Source: an uncultured Treponema sp. (GTDB lineage Bacteria; Spirochaetota; Spirochaetia; Treponematales; Rectinemataceae). Taken from it: DNA of 64,000 nucleotides. Each line of letters begins with the position of its first letter. Within the stretch, counting starts at the first letter, position 1. The stretch is from positions 38,322-102,321 of the forward strand of contig CAZHFN010000002.1 in assembly GCA_964531105.1 (NCBI GenBank). The letters run 5' to 3'. A program made the translations under genes and the position numbers. The notes under the pieces were generated by a model that searched no databases, was not told the DNA's origin, and saw only the letters and a list, made by a program, of their open reading frames with translations. Shown one piece after another: positions 8,341-17,593 of the stretch.

Positions 8341-11300
8341 TTACTGATTCTTTATGAGCACAAACTCCACGCGCCTGTTCTTCCAGCGGTTCTCCACGTC
8401 GAAGAAGCTCACTACAGGCTCGCTAGAACCTAAGCCCTCTACGCTCAACCTTCTTGGATCCACCCCGTTGCCCACCAGCATTGTGCGCACCAGCTCGGCC
8501 CTACCCGTGGAAAGGGGTATGAGCTCCTTGGTTTCCTCGGTCTGGATCCTGGCCTGGGAGTAACCCAGCATCTTGGCTACGTTGTTGGCATGACCCTCGA
8601 TCCTCACGCGGTAGTCCGGGAACTTGTTGAGAATCTGGGCAATACGGGCTACCACTTGTTCGTTGCGTGCCACTATCTCCGCCGACAAGCCTACAAAGTC
8701 GGCATAATTAGCCCTGAATACTATGGATGGCACCTTTATCTTGAGCCTGTCGCCGTCCCGTATAACTAAAACATCCACGGCGATAATCCCGCTCACCTCG
8801 GTGCTGTTGCCCAGCTGATCCCTGGCTACAAAGCTGAAGCGGTAATCGGTAGCCGACTCCACAAGCTCTCCCTTGGGCGACTTGCCGTCCCAGGTGATCG
8901 CTGCAGGGGGCTTGCCCTTGCCGTCCCAGGACGCGAAGAGCCTTTCGGAACTCACCGCATTGGGGTTGCTCGATTCCACCACCGCGGTCTCGAACACTTC
9001 CAGCTTCCAGTCTACCACGCCCGCAGAAGAATCCACCTCTATGCCGAAGGTGAGCCTGTCGTCCATCCCGTCATCATCGGGACTGAAGTACTCGGGCCTC
9101 ACGGTTATGCTCACGCTGGGAGGATCTACGTCCACTAAAACCGGCAGGCTCGTCGCCTGGGCCACATCGCCCTTCTCATAGGTTACCACCAGCTTGCCCA
9201 CATACTCGCCCTGCACCACTTGGCCCTGGAGATCCCTGCCGTCCCACACCAGGCGGGCCGGTACATCGGAACCCGAGCCTCCGAAGAAGCTTCTCTCCAC
9301 CCCTTCGGGATCCAGGAGGGAGAAGCGCCAGGATTCTATTCCCTCGCGCTTTTCAACGATTATCGTAAAGGATACTTCGTCACGGATTCCATCGCCGTTG
9401 GGCGACATACCCGTGTCGGAAGCCGTGACGTAGACTCTAGCCGTGGAGGCGTCCACCCTGATGCCACCAACCCTTGCTGATGCTGCGTTGCCCGCCAGGT
9501 CACTGGTACCGACTTCATAGGAGTAGACTCCATCGCCTACCACCCTGCCTGCCGTATCTTTGCCGTCCCAGACAAAGCTGCGGGCTTCATTCTTCCAGGT
9601 CCAGCTGCGCACTACAGTTCCTGCAGCATTGCGCATTCTGCCCGTCCAGTCATCGCCCAAACTGGAGTTTTGGGTAATGGTGATCGTGTCCTTGTTGCCA
9701 TCCCCGTTGGGCGAGAAGAGCATGGGTGCCGCGGATACGGAGATGCGCGGCCCCACCGTGTCGATAAGAACCTTGGGGCTGGCCAGGTTAAAGAGATCGT
9801 CGTTGCTGTAAAGAATCCTGGCCGCCACCTGGTATTCGCCATCGGGGGCCATGATGCCCGAATCTGTCCTGCCATCCCAGACATATTGATCCCTAATATC
9901 CGCCCTTCCCCTCCAAGCCTTTACGGGACTGGATTGCCTGCTGCCCGTCGCATTGAGGGAGAATACTGCGATTTCAAACTCGGCGATCGACTGGGGCTTG
10001 GGAGCCGCAATATTGATGTAGAGAGAATCCTTCACTCCATCGCCATTGGGACTGAAAGCCCGCTGATCCACCTCGAGCCTCACGGCCTTGCTGGCAGCAT
10101 CCACTTCTATGGGAAGTCTGGCCGACACAAAGCTGTTTTCCGCCTGGTCTATGGAGCGCAGTTCATAGAAATACTTGCCATCAGGTGCTTGGCCTCCGGC
10201 CTGATTTCTGCCGTCCCAGCTCACCAAGGGCAGGGAGCCTTCCCAAGTCCAGTATCTCACTATCCTCTCGCTGGAATCGATTATCTGACCCTGCCAGAGA
10301 TCTCCAGGAACTGCTTCCTGAATTATGTCCACCGTATCCGATCTGCCATCGCCGTTGGGGGAGAAAATGGAGGTGGAAAGACGCAGAGTGGCCTGGGGAG
10401 CGATCCTGTCCAGCACCAGGGGACCGATTTCCTGTGTATGTAAGTCGTCATTGGAGTAGAGCACTCTGAGCCGAGCATAATAGGATCCGTCTGGAGCAGG
10501 AATTCCCGAATCCGTAAACCCGTCCCAGTAATATTGGGTCCGGATATCTGAAGAGCCCTTCCAGCTCTTGACCGGCAGGGAAGAATCTCCACTGCCCGAC
10601 TGTACAATGAGAAGCTCGAAATTCTTGATTCTCTCGGGATACTGGGCTCTCACACCCATTAAAAGCCTGTCCCTCTTGCCGTCCCCATTTGGGCTGAAGG
10701 CCTGGGCATCGGCATCGAGGCGGACCGTCTTTTTCTCGGTTTCCACGGCTATTAGCATTTCTCTGCTCAGGGTTCTATTGCCCGCCTGGTCTACCGCTTC
10801 CGCCTGGTAGCGGTATTTGCCGTCCCGCACTATGGCGCCAGTCTCATCCCTTCCGTCCCAGGTAAAGCCCTTGGCCTCATTCTTCCAACTATAGGTTTTG
10901 ACAACCCTTCCATCCTGAGCCTTTATGCTGGCCTGCCAATCATCGCCAGGGAGTGAATTCTGTCGGATTTCCACAGAATCGGATCGGCCATCTCCATTGG
11001 GGGAAATGATGTCCAGCGTGGCCGCAACTTCTATTTTAGGCGCTATCCTGTCCAGAAGGAAACTGGGCGTGGGCGCATCGATCTGGTCGCCGTTGAGGTA
11101 ATTCACCCTGATGGTGGCGGCATAGCGGCCGTCAGGAGCCTGTACGCCCGAATCGGTCTCGCCCCTCCACTGGATGCGCTGGGGTGCCGAACCTGTACCA
11201 CGCCAGGTCCTCACCGCCGACAAGGCAGCCTGCCCATCCTGAGCCATGATCGCGAGTTCGTAATCCTTCACGCGCTCAGGGGCCTGTATAATGATGCCAA

Positions 11301-14300
11301 TACCCAATTCATCCCGCTGGCCGTCGCCATTGGGGCTGAAAGCCCTCTGGTCTATATCCAGCCGGACTGCCTTCTTTTCGGTTTCCACAGAGACCGGCAG
11401 CCTGCTTGAACTGTAACTATTGCCACCTGCATCGGTGGACTTCAATTCGTAATAGTAGGTTCCATCGGCTACGATAGCCTGGGAAGAATCCCTGCCGTCC
11501 CAGACAAGGGCTTCCAGCGCTTTATCCCAGGACCAGGTTCTGAGTACCTCGCCGCCTGCGCTGCTGATAGTCGCCTCCCAGGCATCCACAGGAGTAAGAG
11601 CTTCCTGGGCAAAGGTGATTGCATCCAAAATGCCGTCGTCATTGGGCGAGAACAATTTGGCCGAGAGAGAAACGGTTGCCCTGGGAGCTATTCTATCTAC
11701 CGTAAAGGGGCCTACTGTTGTTTCAGCCCTGTCTCCATTGGGATACGCGAGACTCATGATTGCCGAATACTCTCCGTCAGGAACGGCAATACCCACATCG
11801 GACTGTCCATTCCACTCGAAGTTTCTGGGCAATACTGTAGCGCCTTGCCAGGATCTCACTGCCTTGGATTCTCCGGTTGCCACAGCCGATGTGCCGGCAA
11901 TTATCCACATCTTCCAGGACTGTAGCCTGGAAGAAGAGGTAGCGTCGGCGCTCAAGATCAGGTTGTCCCTGACCCCATCCCCATTGGGACTGAATGCCAG
12001 ATTGTCAGCCGCGAGCCGTAGTTCCTTCTTGAGCGTATCCACTTCAAATCCCAGCTCCTTGGAGCTGAAGGCGTTGCCGGCCTTGTCAGTGGAAGAAACT
12101 ACGTATCTGTAGGTGCCATCGGGTACCAAGAAGCCATTGTCCCCTTTACCGTCCCAGTCGAGGGCAGCCGGGCTACCCTGGAACTCCCAAGTTTTCACTT
12201 TAATTCCTGCAGAGTTGAGAATCGCCGCCGACCAGAGTTCTTCACTGGAACCCTTCTGCTCGATTCTCAACACAGCCTGCTCGGGAGTTCCCGAAGGATT
12301 GAAGGCCACCTGGGCCGATTTAGCCTCCGCCGATGGATAAGCCCTGTCGAGCACCATGACCGAGCTTTCGACAATGCTGGAGAAGCCATTGATATAAGCC
12401 AGTTCAAGCCGAGCCTTATACGTTCCGTCTGGCAGCGCTGATCCGCTCCCAGCCTTGCCGTCGAATACATAGCGATCGGCCAGGATCTCGCCAGTGGCCT
12501 TGGGATGAGCCAGCACTTCCTTGCCTGGTCCCTCATTACCAACAATAGAGAATCTCCAGTCGCTCAATCCCTCGAGGGTTTCTACCTGGGGAGAGATCGT
12601 CAGCGTCTCGGCAATTCCGTCGCCATTGGGGCTAAAAGCCTCCCTGTCCAGACGCAAGCCCGAAGCGGGCCGTCTGGTATCCACCCGCACAGGGGCTGAA
12701 CTGACGGCGAAGCTATTGCCCGCCCTATCCACGGCGAACACATACATTTCATATTCGCCATCGGGGACTACCCTGCCCTGGTCATCCTTGCCGTTCCACT
12801 CCAGGGATTCGGGCAGATTCTGTGAATAGCGCCGTACAACCTTCTCGTTTTTCCGGGAATCCCTGATTATCAAATTCCAGGTATCCTCCTCCGATGAATC
12901 GAAGGCAAACACGAAACCGTCCCTGGCTCCATCGCCATCGGGGCTGAAAATTGTATTCTCATCAGCCAGCTTCACGGTAGCCGAAGGGGGTGTCCTATCC
13001 ATATAGAAGGGAGAGCTGAACTTAGTCTCCCCATAGCCGTTCCTGTACTCATAACTCACCAGCGCCTCATACTGGCCGTCGGCGAATGCCTGACCGGCTT
13101 CGGAAAAACCCGAGAACGTATAGGACTTCTCAGGAGGACTGTCGGCTCCGCCCCATACACGCCACACCTTGGTCTTCTCAGGGTTGTGCACCGCCACTTC
13201 CCAGCTGCTGAGGTTTTCAAATGATTCAAAGGCGGGAATAATAAGAAGCGAATCGCTGATGCCATCGCCGTTAGGACTCATCACCACCCCGTCGGTGGCA
13301 ATGGATACCTGAGGTCTTCTGGTATCGACAATAATATTGCGTACTTCGCTCTGGGCAGGGTTGCCAGCGTCATCCTTGGCGGAAAGCTTCAAGCTGTAAC
13401 TGCCGTCCGGAGCCCTACTGCCATCATTGGCCGTGCCATCCCATTCGAAGTCTGCTGGAGCACTCCTGTCCGCATACTCCCGAGAGCGCACGAGATTGCC
13501 GTTTATATCGAAAATTTCTATCTTCCAGCCGCTTTCCACCGATCCAGTATTCCTGAATGCAATACTGTCTTTCTTCCTGTCCCCGTCGGGACTCAGAATC
13601 ATGGTCGGTTCCAGGGATCTGGCGCTCGCCTGCGGTGTCGTACTGTCTACAACCACCGTAAGGCAGCTCAGATAGTCCAGGTTTTCATTGCCGTTATCGT
13701 CCCAAGCCCTTAGGCTTAGGGTATATGAGCCGTCGCGAACCCTGGCGCCTAAGTCGTCCAAACCGTCCCAGCTCACCGAAGTAGGCACGCTCACGCTTTT
13801 TCTCTGGTAGGCCAAGGCCGAACCGAGGGATCCTAAGCTTTGTATCGATTCCACCCTGTCGTTGGATTCGCCGATGGTTCTAACTATCCTGCCCGCCGAC
13901 TTGTCCTCTACGGTAAGTTTCCATCCGGCTATATAGCGCTCGTCGCTGATGGAAACCGGAATTTCCAGCTTGTCCTGCTCGCCATCGCCGTTGGGCGAAA
14001 TGTGGACCGTGCCTCTGTACGGAGCAGGAAGCTCGGCCTTGATGACCGGCGCTGTCCTGTCCCTGAGGCCGAAACTTAAATTTGCGCCGGCACCCAGGGC
14101 GTAGAGCGAATCGTACATGGGGGCTATAGCCATTCCTATACCCAGGCTCGCATCCCTATTTTTCTTGCCGCCCAACTGGATGCCCTTCTCTAGGGGGATA
14201 GTGCCCGATATTCCCAGGCTGGGCAGGAAACTCCGCCCCGACCCGTTGAGAATATCCCGCAAGCCAGCCGACCAGCCCAACCTGAGGGCTACGATATTCC

Positions 14301-15072
14301 TGAATTCGAAGCCAAAAGAGAGATCGAGACCCAGATCCTGGAATGAAGGACTCCAAAGATCCAGCCCCATATCGAGGTTCCAATAATAATTCTGGACAAG
14401 GTAGCTCCTCATGCCCAAACCCAGTGTGAATGCGGAGGGATAGGAGCCCGCAGCACCGCCTAAAATTCCCGTAGTCCCTGGAGTCGAATATCCCTTGCCC
14501 ATATCCAGCAGGGAAAAGCCAAAGCGCGTGTCTTTGAAGGCTCCCAAATCGCCGGCTAGCCAGGTAGCGCCCAAATCCAGGGAAAGCCCCCAGCCGAAAC
14601 CACCCTTACCTCCCATGGTGAGGTCGATGGCGCTGCCAATGTAGAGGCTGGGAAGAATATCCTTGGAAAATATCGCGGTGAGTCCGCCAAAGGTGCCCAA
14701 GGGCATGCTGGACATCGCGCCGGGTACCGAGAAGAACCGCGCTGCGCCTCCCCACACGCCATAGCTGCGGGGAAGAGAAAAGGCCAGAGACGCGGCAGAA
14801 CCCCAGCCCTGGGCTGCGGCTCCGAAGTCGGTGATACCGGTATACGCCGCTTCCAACTGCACAAGCTGGTTGCCGGCTGTCACCGATGGATTCAATAAGG
14901 CTGCCCATGGAGCTGAAGGTCCTGTCACCGTCGGTGTGTGGGCCAGTCCCCAAGGCGAATAGAGGGAGGGAAGAAAGACTCCACCCTTGGGCGGGTTGTA
15001 CCCGAACAGGGGAACTGCGCCGAGCATGACGATAATCAGAATCGCAATCCGAATCTTCTTGAAAAAGGACAT
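8341..15072 (-). CDS. Giant envelope protein: predicted N-terminal beta-barrel + 16 FlgD-Ig-like repeats + C-terminal OmpA-like peptidoglycan-binding domain
   Basis: 2243 aa. Signal-like start MSFFKKIRIAILIIVMLGAVPLFG. About 340 aa Gly/aromatic-rich with alternating hydrophobicity. 16 units of about 100 aa each carry (F/I/M)SP(N/D)GDGxxD ... W(D/N)G ... PDG.Y ... D.AGN. C-terminus RIEGHANNV ... LSTGRAELV ... NRRVEFVLI is an OmpA_C signature. Confidence 0.85.
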   Translation of the reverse strand: MSFFKKIRIAILIIVMLGAVPLFGYNPPKGGVFLPSLYSPWGLAHTPTVTGPSAPWAALLNPSVTAGNQLVQLEAAYTGITDFGAAAQGWGSAASLAFSLPRSYGVWGGAARFFSVPGAMSSMPLGTFGGLTAIFSKDILPSLYIGSAIDLTMGGKGGFGWGLSLDLGATWLAGDLGAFKDTRFGFSLLDMGKGYSTPGTTGILGGAAGSYPSAFTLGLGMRSYLVQNYYWNLDMGLDLWSPSFQDLGLDLSFGFEFRNIVALRLGWSAGLRDILNGSGRSFLPSLGISGTIPLEKGIQLGGKKNRDASLGIGMAIAPMYDSLYALGAGANLSFGLRDRTAPVIKAELPAPYRGTVHISPNGDGEQDKLEIPVSISDERYIAGWKLTVEDKSAGRIVRTIGESNDRVESIQSLGSLGSALAYQRKSVSVPTSVSWDGLDDLGARVRDGSYTLSLRAWDDNGNENLDYLSCLTVVVDSTTPQASARSLEPTMILSPDGDRKKDSIAFRNTGSVESGWKIEIFDINGNLVRSREYADRSAPADFEWDGTANDGSRAPDGSYSLKLSAKDDAGNPAQSEVRNIIVDTRRPQVSIATDGVVMSPNGDGISDSLLIIPAFESFENLSSWEVAVHNPEKTKVWRVWGGADSPPEKSYTFSGFSEAGQAFADGQYEALVSYEYRNGYGETKFSSPFYMDRTPPSATVKLADENTIFSPDGDGARDGFVFAFDSSEEDTWNLIIRDSRKNEKVVRRYSQNLPESLEWNGKDDQGRVVPDGEYEMYVFAVDRAGNSFAVSSAPVRVDTRRPASGLRLDREAFSPNGDGIAETLTISPQVETLEGLSDWRFSIVGNEGPGKEVLAHPKATGEILADRYVFDGKAGSGSALPDGTYKARLELAYINGFSSIVESSVMVLDRAYPSAEAKSAQVAFNPSGTPEQAVLRIEQKGSSEELWSAAILNSAGIKVKTWEFQGSPAALDWDGKGDNGFLVPDGTYRYVVSSTDKAGNAFSSKELGFEVDTLKKELRLAADNLAFSPNGDGVRDNLILSADATSSSRLQSWKMWIIAGTSAVATGESKAVRSWQGATVLPRNFEWNGQSDVGIAVPDGEYSAIMSLAYPNGDRAETTVGPFTVDRIAPRATVSLSAKLFSPNDDGILDAITFAQEALTPVDAWEATISSAGGEVLRTWSWDKALEALVWDGRDSSQAIVADGTYYYELKSTDAGGNSYSSSRLPVSVETEKKAVRLDIDQRAFSPNGDGQRDELGIGIIIQAPERVKDYELAIMAQDGQAALSAVRTWRGTGSAPQRIQWRGETDSGVQAPDGRYAATIRVNYLNGDQIDAPTPSFLLDRIAPKIEVAATLDIISPNGDGRSDSVEIRQNSLPGDDWQASIKAQDGRVVKTYSWKNEAKGFTWDGRDETGAIVRDGKYRYQAEAVDQAGNRTLSREMLIAVETEKKTVRLDADAQAFSPNGDGKRDRLLMGVRAQYPERIKNFELLIVQSGSGDSSLPVKSWKGSSDIRTQYYWDGFTDSGIPAPDGSYYARLRVLYSNDDLHTQEIGPLVLDRIAPQATLRLSTSIFSPNGDGRSDTVDIIQEAVPGDLWQGQIIDSSERIVRYWTWEGSLPLVSWDGRNQAGGQAPDGKYFYELRSIDQAENSFVSARLPIEVDAASKAVRLEVDQRAFSPNGDGVKDSLYINIAAPKPQSIAEFEIAVFSLNATGSRQSSPVKAWRGRADIRDQYVWDGRTDSGIMAPDGEYQVAARILYSNDDLFNLASPKVLIDTVGPRISVSAAPMLFSPNGDGNKDTITITQNSSLGDDWTGRMRNAAGTVVRSWTWKNEARSFVWDGKDTAGRVVGDGVYSYEVGTSDLAGNAASARVGGIRVDASTARVYVTASDTGMSPNGDGIRDEVSFTIIVEKREGIESWRFSLLDPEGVERSFFGGSGSDVPARLVWDGRDLQGQVVQGEYVGKLVVTYEKGDVAQATSLPVLVDVDPPSVSITVRPEYFSPDDDGMDDRLTFGIEVDSSAGVVDWKLEVFETAVVESSNPNAVSSERLFASWDGKGKPPAAITWDGKSPKGELVESATDYRFSFVARDQLGNSTEVSGIIAVDVLVIRDGDRLKIKVPSIVFRANYADFVGLSAEIVARNEQVVARIAQILNKFPDYRVRIEGHANNVAKMLGYSQARIQTEETKELIPLSTGRAELVRTMLVGNGVDPRRLSVEGLGSSEPVVSFFDVENRWKNRRVEFVLIKNQ
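9450..12030 (-). repeat. Four tandem about 645-nt (about 215-aa) di-domain super-repeats inside the giant gene
   Basis: Two Ig-unit types alternate. The A unit follows V(E/D)T(E/L)KK.VRL and ends LDRIAP; the B unit ends VETEKK or VDA. A-type SPNGDG codons sit near 11985, 11335, 10690 and 10045; B-type near 11640, 10990, 10350 and 9700. DNA copies are diverged (about 70% identity by eye). Confidence 0.7.
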
Positions 15073-15240
15073 GGGTCTTCTCCCTATGGCGACTTCAGGC
15101 TACATACATAGGTATCACGCAATTCGGCAAATGACAGGCCCGTGATAGAGCCCGGCTATGCCGAAAAGTAGCGGTATCCCTGTCTAGTGTATCGACAGAA
15201 ATCTAGAGGAAATTTATACGTTCCGGGCTATTTGCAGGCC

Positions 15241-16200
15241 TTATTGATACATTATCAGGCTTGGCCGCGGCTCAAGGGCCATCACCTCCTGAGGGCTCAG
15301 GAGGGGATTGTCCCAACCGGCCAGTGGAAAATCCGATTTAAAGAATAGCTTGAATCCCTTGATGGGAATATTTTCTGCCCTCGAATTAAGGGCATAGGAA
15401 TTCCGCTTGACCGCTGGGCTGCCAAAACCATCGGCGGTATGCACGAGAAGCACCCTATCCAGATCAGCCCTCACCCTTTCCCTGTTGCTGATCATCTTGT
15501 CCTGGAACTGGTGCACCACCAGCATCCTGACACCGGGAATATTATTAGCCACTATGTAATCCTGCATTATTCTCTGGGCCTGATTGAGTTCATCGGCGGT
15601 GATGGAACCAATCTCTTTCATGGGCTTGAGGGTTCGCCATTCGGGATCGATAGCCAGATGGACATTCGGATAGCGCAGGAAAGGCAGTATGCGCTTCATG
15701 GATTCTTCCACGGAGTATTTGCCAATCTGATGATCCACAAAGACGAGCATGCCCATTTCCTGGGCATAGAGTATGTAGTCCTCCAGGACAGATTCTTTCA
15801 GGTACCCAATCTCCCCGCCCGGCCAGCAAGTGCCATAGATAATGTAGTATGCGGGAACAGCGCCATCTTTACCGTTGACCTCATCATAATACCTCGCGTA
15901 GGACTTAACTCTCCGGGCAATTTCTTCCTTGGAATGTAGGCCGAGAATGCCCATCCGCTCGGAGAGCGGGTGTCCATAAAAGGCCACCACAGTATTGTTG
16001 GCCAGAAGAGGAATCCGATCGTGGGCCGATCCCCCAGTCTTGGTGACCGGGGTTTTGGAAACGGTTTGGGGTATTGAATCCTGGGAGGATTTCCTGTAGA
16101 GCGATGGGAAAAGCCTGTAGGGCGTAGTGTCCGAAAACACATTCGCGGATACGAAGGATAAAACAACAAAGAAAAACAGTACAGATCGCCGTGCGGGCAT
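15241..16200 (-). CDS. Secreted protein of unknown function, immediately upstream of and co-directional with the giant envelope gene
   Basis: ORF 15241..16248. Preferred start is ATG 16200 (MPARRSVLFFFVVLSFVSANVFS signal peptide, GGAG 5 nt upstream). No motif I can name confidently. Confidence 0.6.
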   Translation of the reverse strand: MPARRSVLFFFVVLSFVSANVFSDTTPYRLFPSLYRKSSQDSIPQTVSKTPVTKTGGSAHDRIPLLANNTVVAFYGHPLSERMGILGLHSKEEIARRVKSYARYYDEVNGKDGAVPAYYIIYGTCWPGGEIGYLKESVLEDYILYAQEMGMLVFVDHQIGKYSVEESMKRILPFLRYPNVHLAIDPEWRTLKPMKEIGSITADELNQAQRIMQDYIVANNIPGVRMLVVHQFQDKMISNRERVRADLDRVLLVHTADGFGSPAVKRNSYALNSRAENIPIKGFKLFFKSDFPLAGWDNPLLSPQEVMALEPRPSLIMYQ

Positions 16201-16433
16201 AGAAGCTCCATTGCTGCTACATTGAAGATACTTCATCAGTATCGTCATATGAGCCTGGAAGCTTGACTGTTCGCATCTGATGGCAACTTTTTCTCCTCAG
16301 GGGAAGAAAATTCCCATCGACTCGATTTTCTCAACCGTTCTCTTTCGAACCAGGGCTCGGCAAAGTATTGGTATAGTTTTTTAATTCTTTATATATAATA
16401 GTAATATAAATTATTACGTAAATATTTTTAATT

Positions 16434-16449
16434 TGGCACATTTCCTGCT
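16434..16449 (+). promoter_or_regulatory. Candidate sigma-54 (-24/-12) promoter
   Basis: TGGCAC-ATTTC-CTGCT matches TGGCAC-N5-TTGCW with correct GG/GC spacing and one mismatch in the -12 block. Preceded by about 60 nt of nearly pure A/T. About 105 nt upstream of ATG 16554. Confidence 0.55.
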
Positions 16450-16553
16450 TTACTATTCGTGTCCACATAAAAGGACAAGGATCGTTTTGGGAGCCTCCCT
16501 TGAGGATGGCCACCCGAAAGCAGATCGAAAAGAATTACCATAGGAGTATTGCT

Positions 16554-17066
16554 ATGAAAAAAGCACTCATTGCCATCGCGATCGCTTTTCTTGTGGTCGG
16601 CATTGCCGCCGCCCAGCCCTTTGGCCAGTGGAATCAGCCCAGAGGAACCAGTCCCGGCAGAGGCCAGGTACAGACTCCCTGGGGCGGCCGCACCATGGGT
16701 CCCGGAATGGGCCAGACTATGGGTCGTGGAACAGCTTTTCCCTATGCCAGCCTGAGTGTAGAAAAAATCAGCCTAGAAGGGACTCTTGAACTGGTGGATG
16801 CCAGAGTGGCCATCAAGAAGGATAACAAGACCTACTATGTCATGCTCCCTTCGAGGCTCTACGGTTTTGTGGATGGACTCAAGGAAGGCGCATCGGTAAA
16901 GCTCGAGGGTTACTCCCATGCCATTCCTGAAACAGAGAACAGCTTCGCGGTCCGCGTGGATACCCTGGAGTTGGGAGGCAAGAAAATCGACCTCGGCCTC
17001 GATGAAGCAGTCATGGGCCAGAGGCTGGGCTCCATGGGCGGCCGCTCGGGCAAGTGGGGTCGTTAA
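16554..17066 (+). CDS. Small secreted protein with Gly/Met/Pro-rich flanks, unknown function
   Basis: Start chosen at MKKALIAIAIAFLVVGIAAAQ (AGGAG 8 nt upstream). Low-complexity GPGMGQTMGRG and MGQRLGSMGGRSGKWGR flank a beta-rich core (ISLEGTLELVDARVAIKKDNKTYYVMLP). Confidence 0.7.
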   Translation: MKKALIAIAIAFLVVGIAAAQPFGQWNQPRGTSPGRGQVQTPWGGRTMGPGMGQTMGRGTAFPYASLSVEKISLEGTLELVDARVAIKKDNKTYYVMLPSRLYGFVDGLKEGASVKLEGYSHAIPETENSFAVRVDTLELGGKKIDLGLDEAVMGQRLGSMGGRSGKWGR

Positions 17067-17120
17067 GCTTAGTCTGCTGCGTACATAAAGCGCCTACGTA
17101 ATGGCGAAAGAAAGTCCAAA

Positions 17121-17159
17121 GGGCTGCCGAGGAAGAAATTCCAGGCAGCCCTTTTTTTT
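17121..17159 (+). terminator. Intrinsic terminator of the 16554 gene
   Basis: Stem GGGCTGCC (17121-17128) / GGCAGCCC (17144-17151) followed by T8 (17152-17159). Confidence 0.75.
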
Positions 17160-17211
17160 ACCATATTCGTATAGCGTTGCGAACAGTACTCTATTGCTTA
17201 GTATAAAAATT

Positions 17212-17243
17212 AAGCCGTCGGCGGTAGTCACCGCCGACGGCTT
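17212..17243 (-). terminator. Intrinsic terminator of rpmB
   Basis: 13-bp perfect stem AAGCCGTCGGCGG / CCGCCGACGGCTT with a 6-nt loop. On the minus strand it is followed by AATTTTTATA. Confidence 0.7.
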
Positions 17244-17273
17244 CAGTTCACAGATTATTCGTGAAAGGCTGGA

Positions 17274-17465
17274 CTACACGTGCTTTACAATCTTCCCGGA
17301 CTTGAGACATTTGGCGCAAATTTTCACGGTCATCACCGTACCTTCAATCTTGGTCTTCACCGGAATAAGATTGGGAAACCAGGTTCTTCTGGTATGGTTT
17401 TTAGCGTGGGAAACATTATTGCCGTACATTGTGCCTTTGCCGCAGACATCACATACTCTCGACAT
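17274..17465 (-). CDS. rpmB: 50S ribosomal protein L28
   Basis: 63 aa, [33 protein letters not shown], a textbook L28 N-terminus. Confidence 0.95.
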   Translation of the reverse strand: MSRVCDVCGKGTMYGNNVSHAKNHTRRTWFPNLIPVKTKIEGTVMTVKICAKCLKSGKIVKHV

Positions 17466-17545
17466 AGTTAGACTCCAAACGAAATAAGTGGGCGTACTTT
17501 AGCCGAAACAATAAAAAATGTAAAGCCCCGCACAGCGGAGGATCA

Positions 17546-17573
17546 TTGACCTTTTTCTTCTTTCCGGCATAAT
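17546..17573 (+). promoter_or_regulatory. Possible sigma-70 promoter for the EamA gene
   Basis: TTGACC (17546-17551), 16-nt spacer, CATAAT (17568-17573). Lies 20 nt upstream of ATG 17594. Confidence 0.35.
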
Positions 17574-17593
17574 CGGAATCCTAGGGAGCCCAG

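Noticed and set aside
9670-10443. 257-aa plus-strand ORF, plus many 60-165-aa ORFs on both strands between 8354 and 14953
   Set aside because: All lie inside the 6.7-kb giant gene, whose repeat structure and OmpA domain are coherent in a single frame.
15126-15141. Minus-strand GGGCCTGTCATTTGCC upstream of the giant gene, and TGGCTTCATACTAGCA at 34611-34626, as sigma-54 sites
   Set aside because: Spacing is correct, but only half of the -24 or -12 block matches. Not distinguishable from chance without a genome-wide scan.
16331-16513. 60-aa minus-strand ORF in the A/T-rich divergent region
   Set aside because: It spans the A/T-only tract and the candidate promoter. The codon content is unlike any other gene here.
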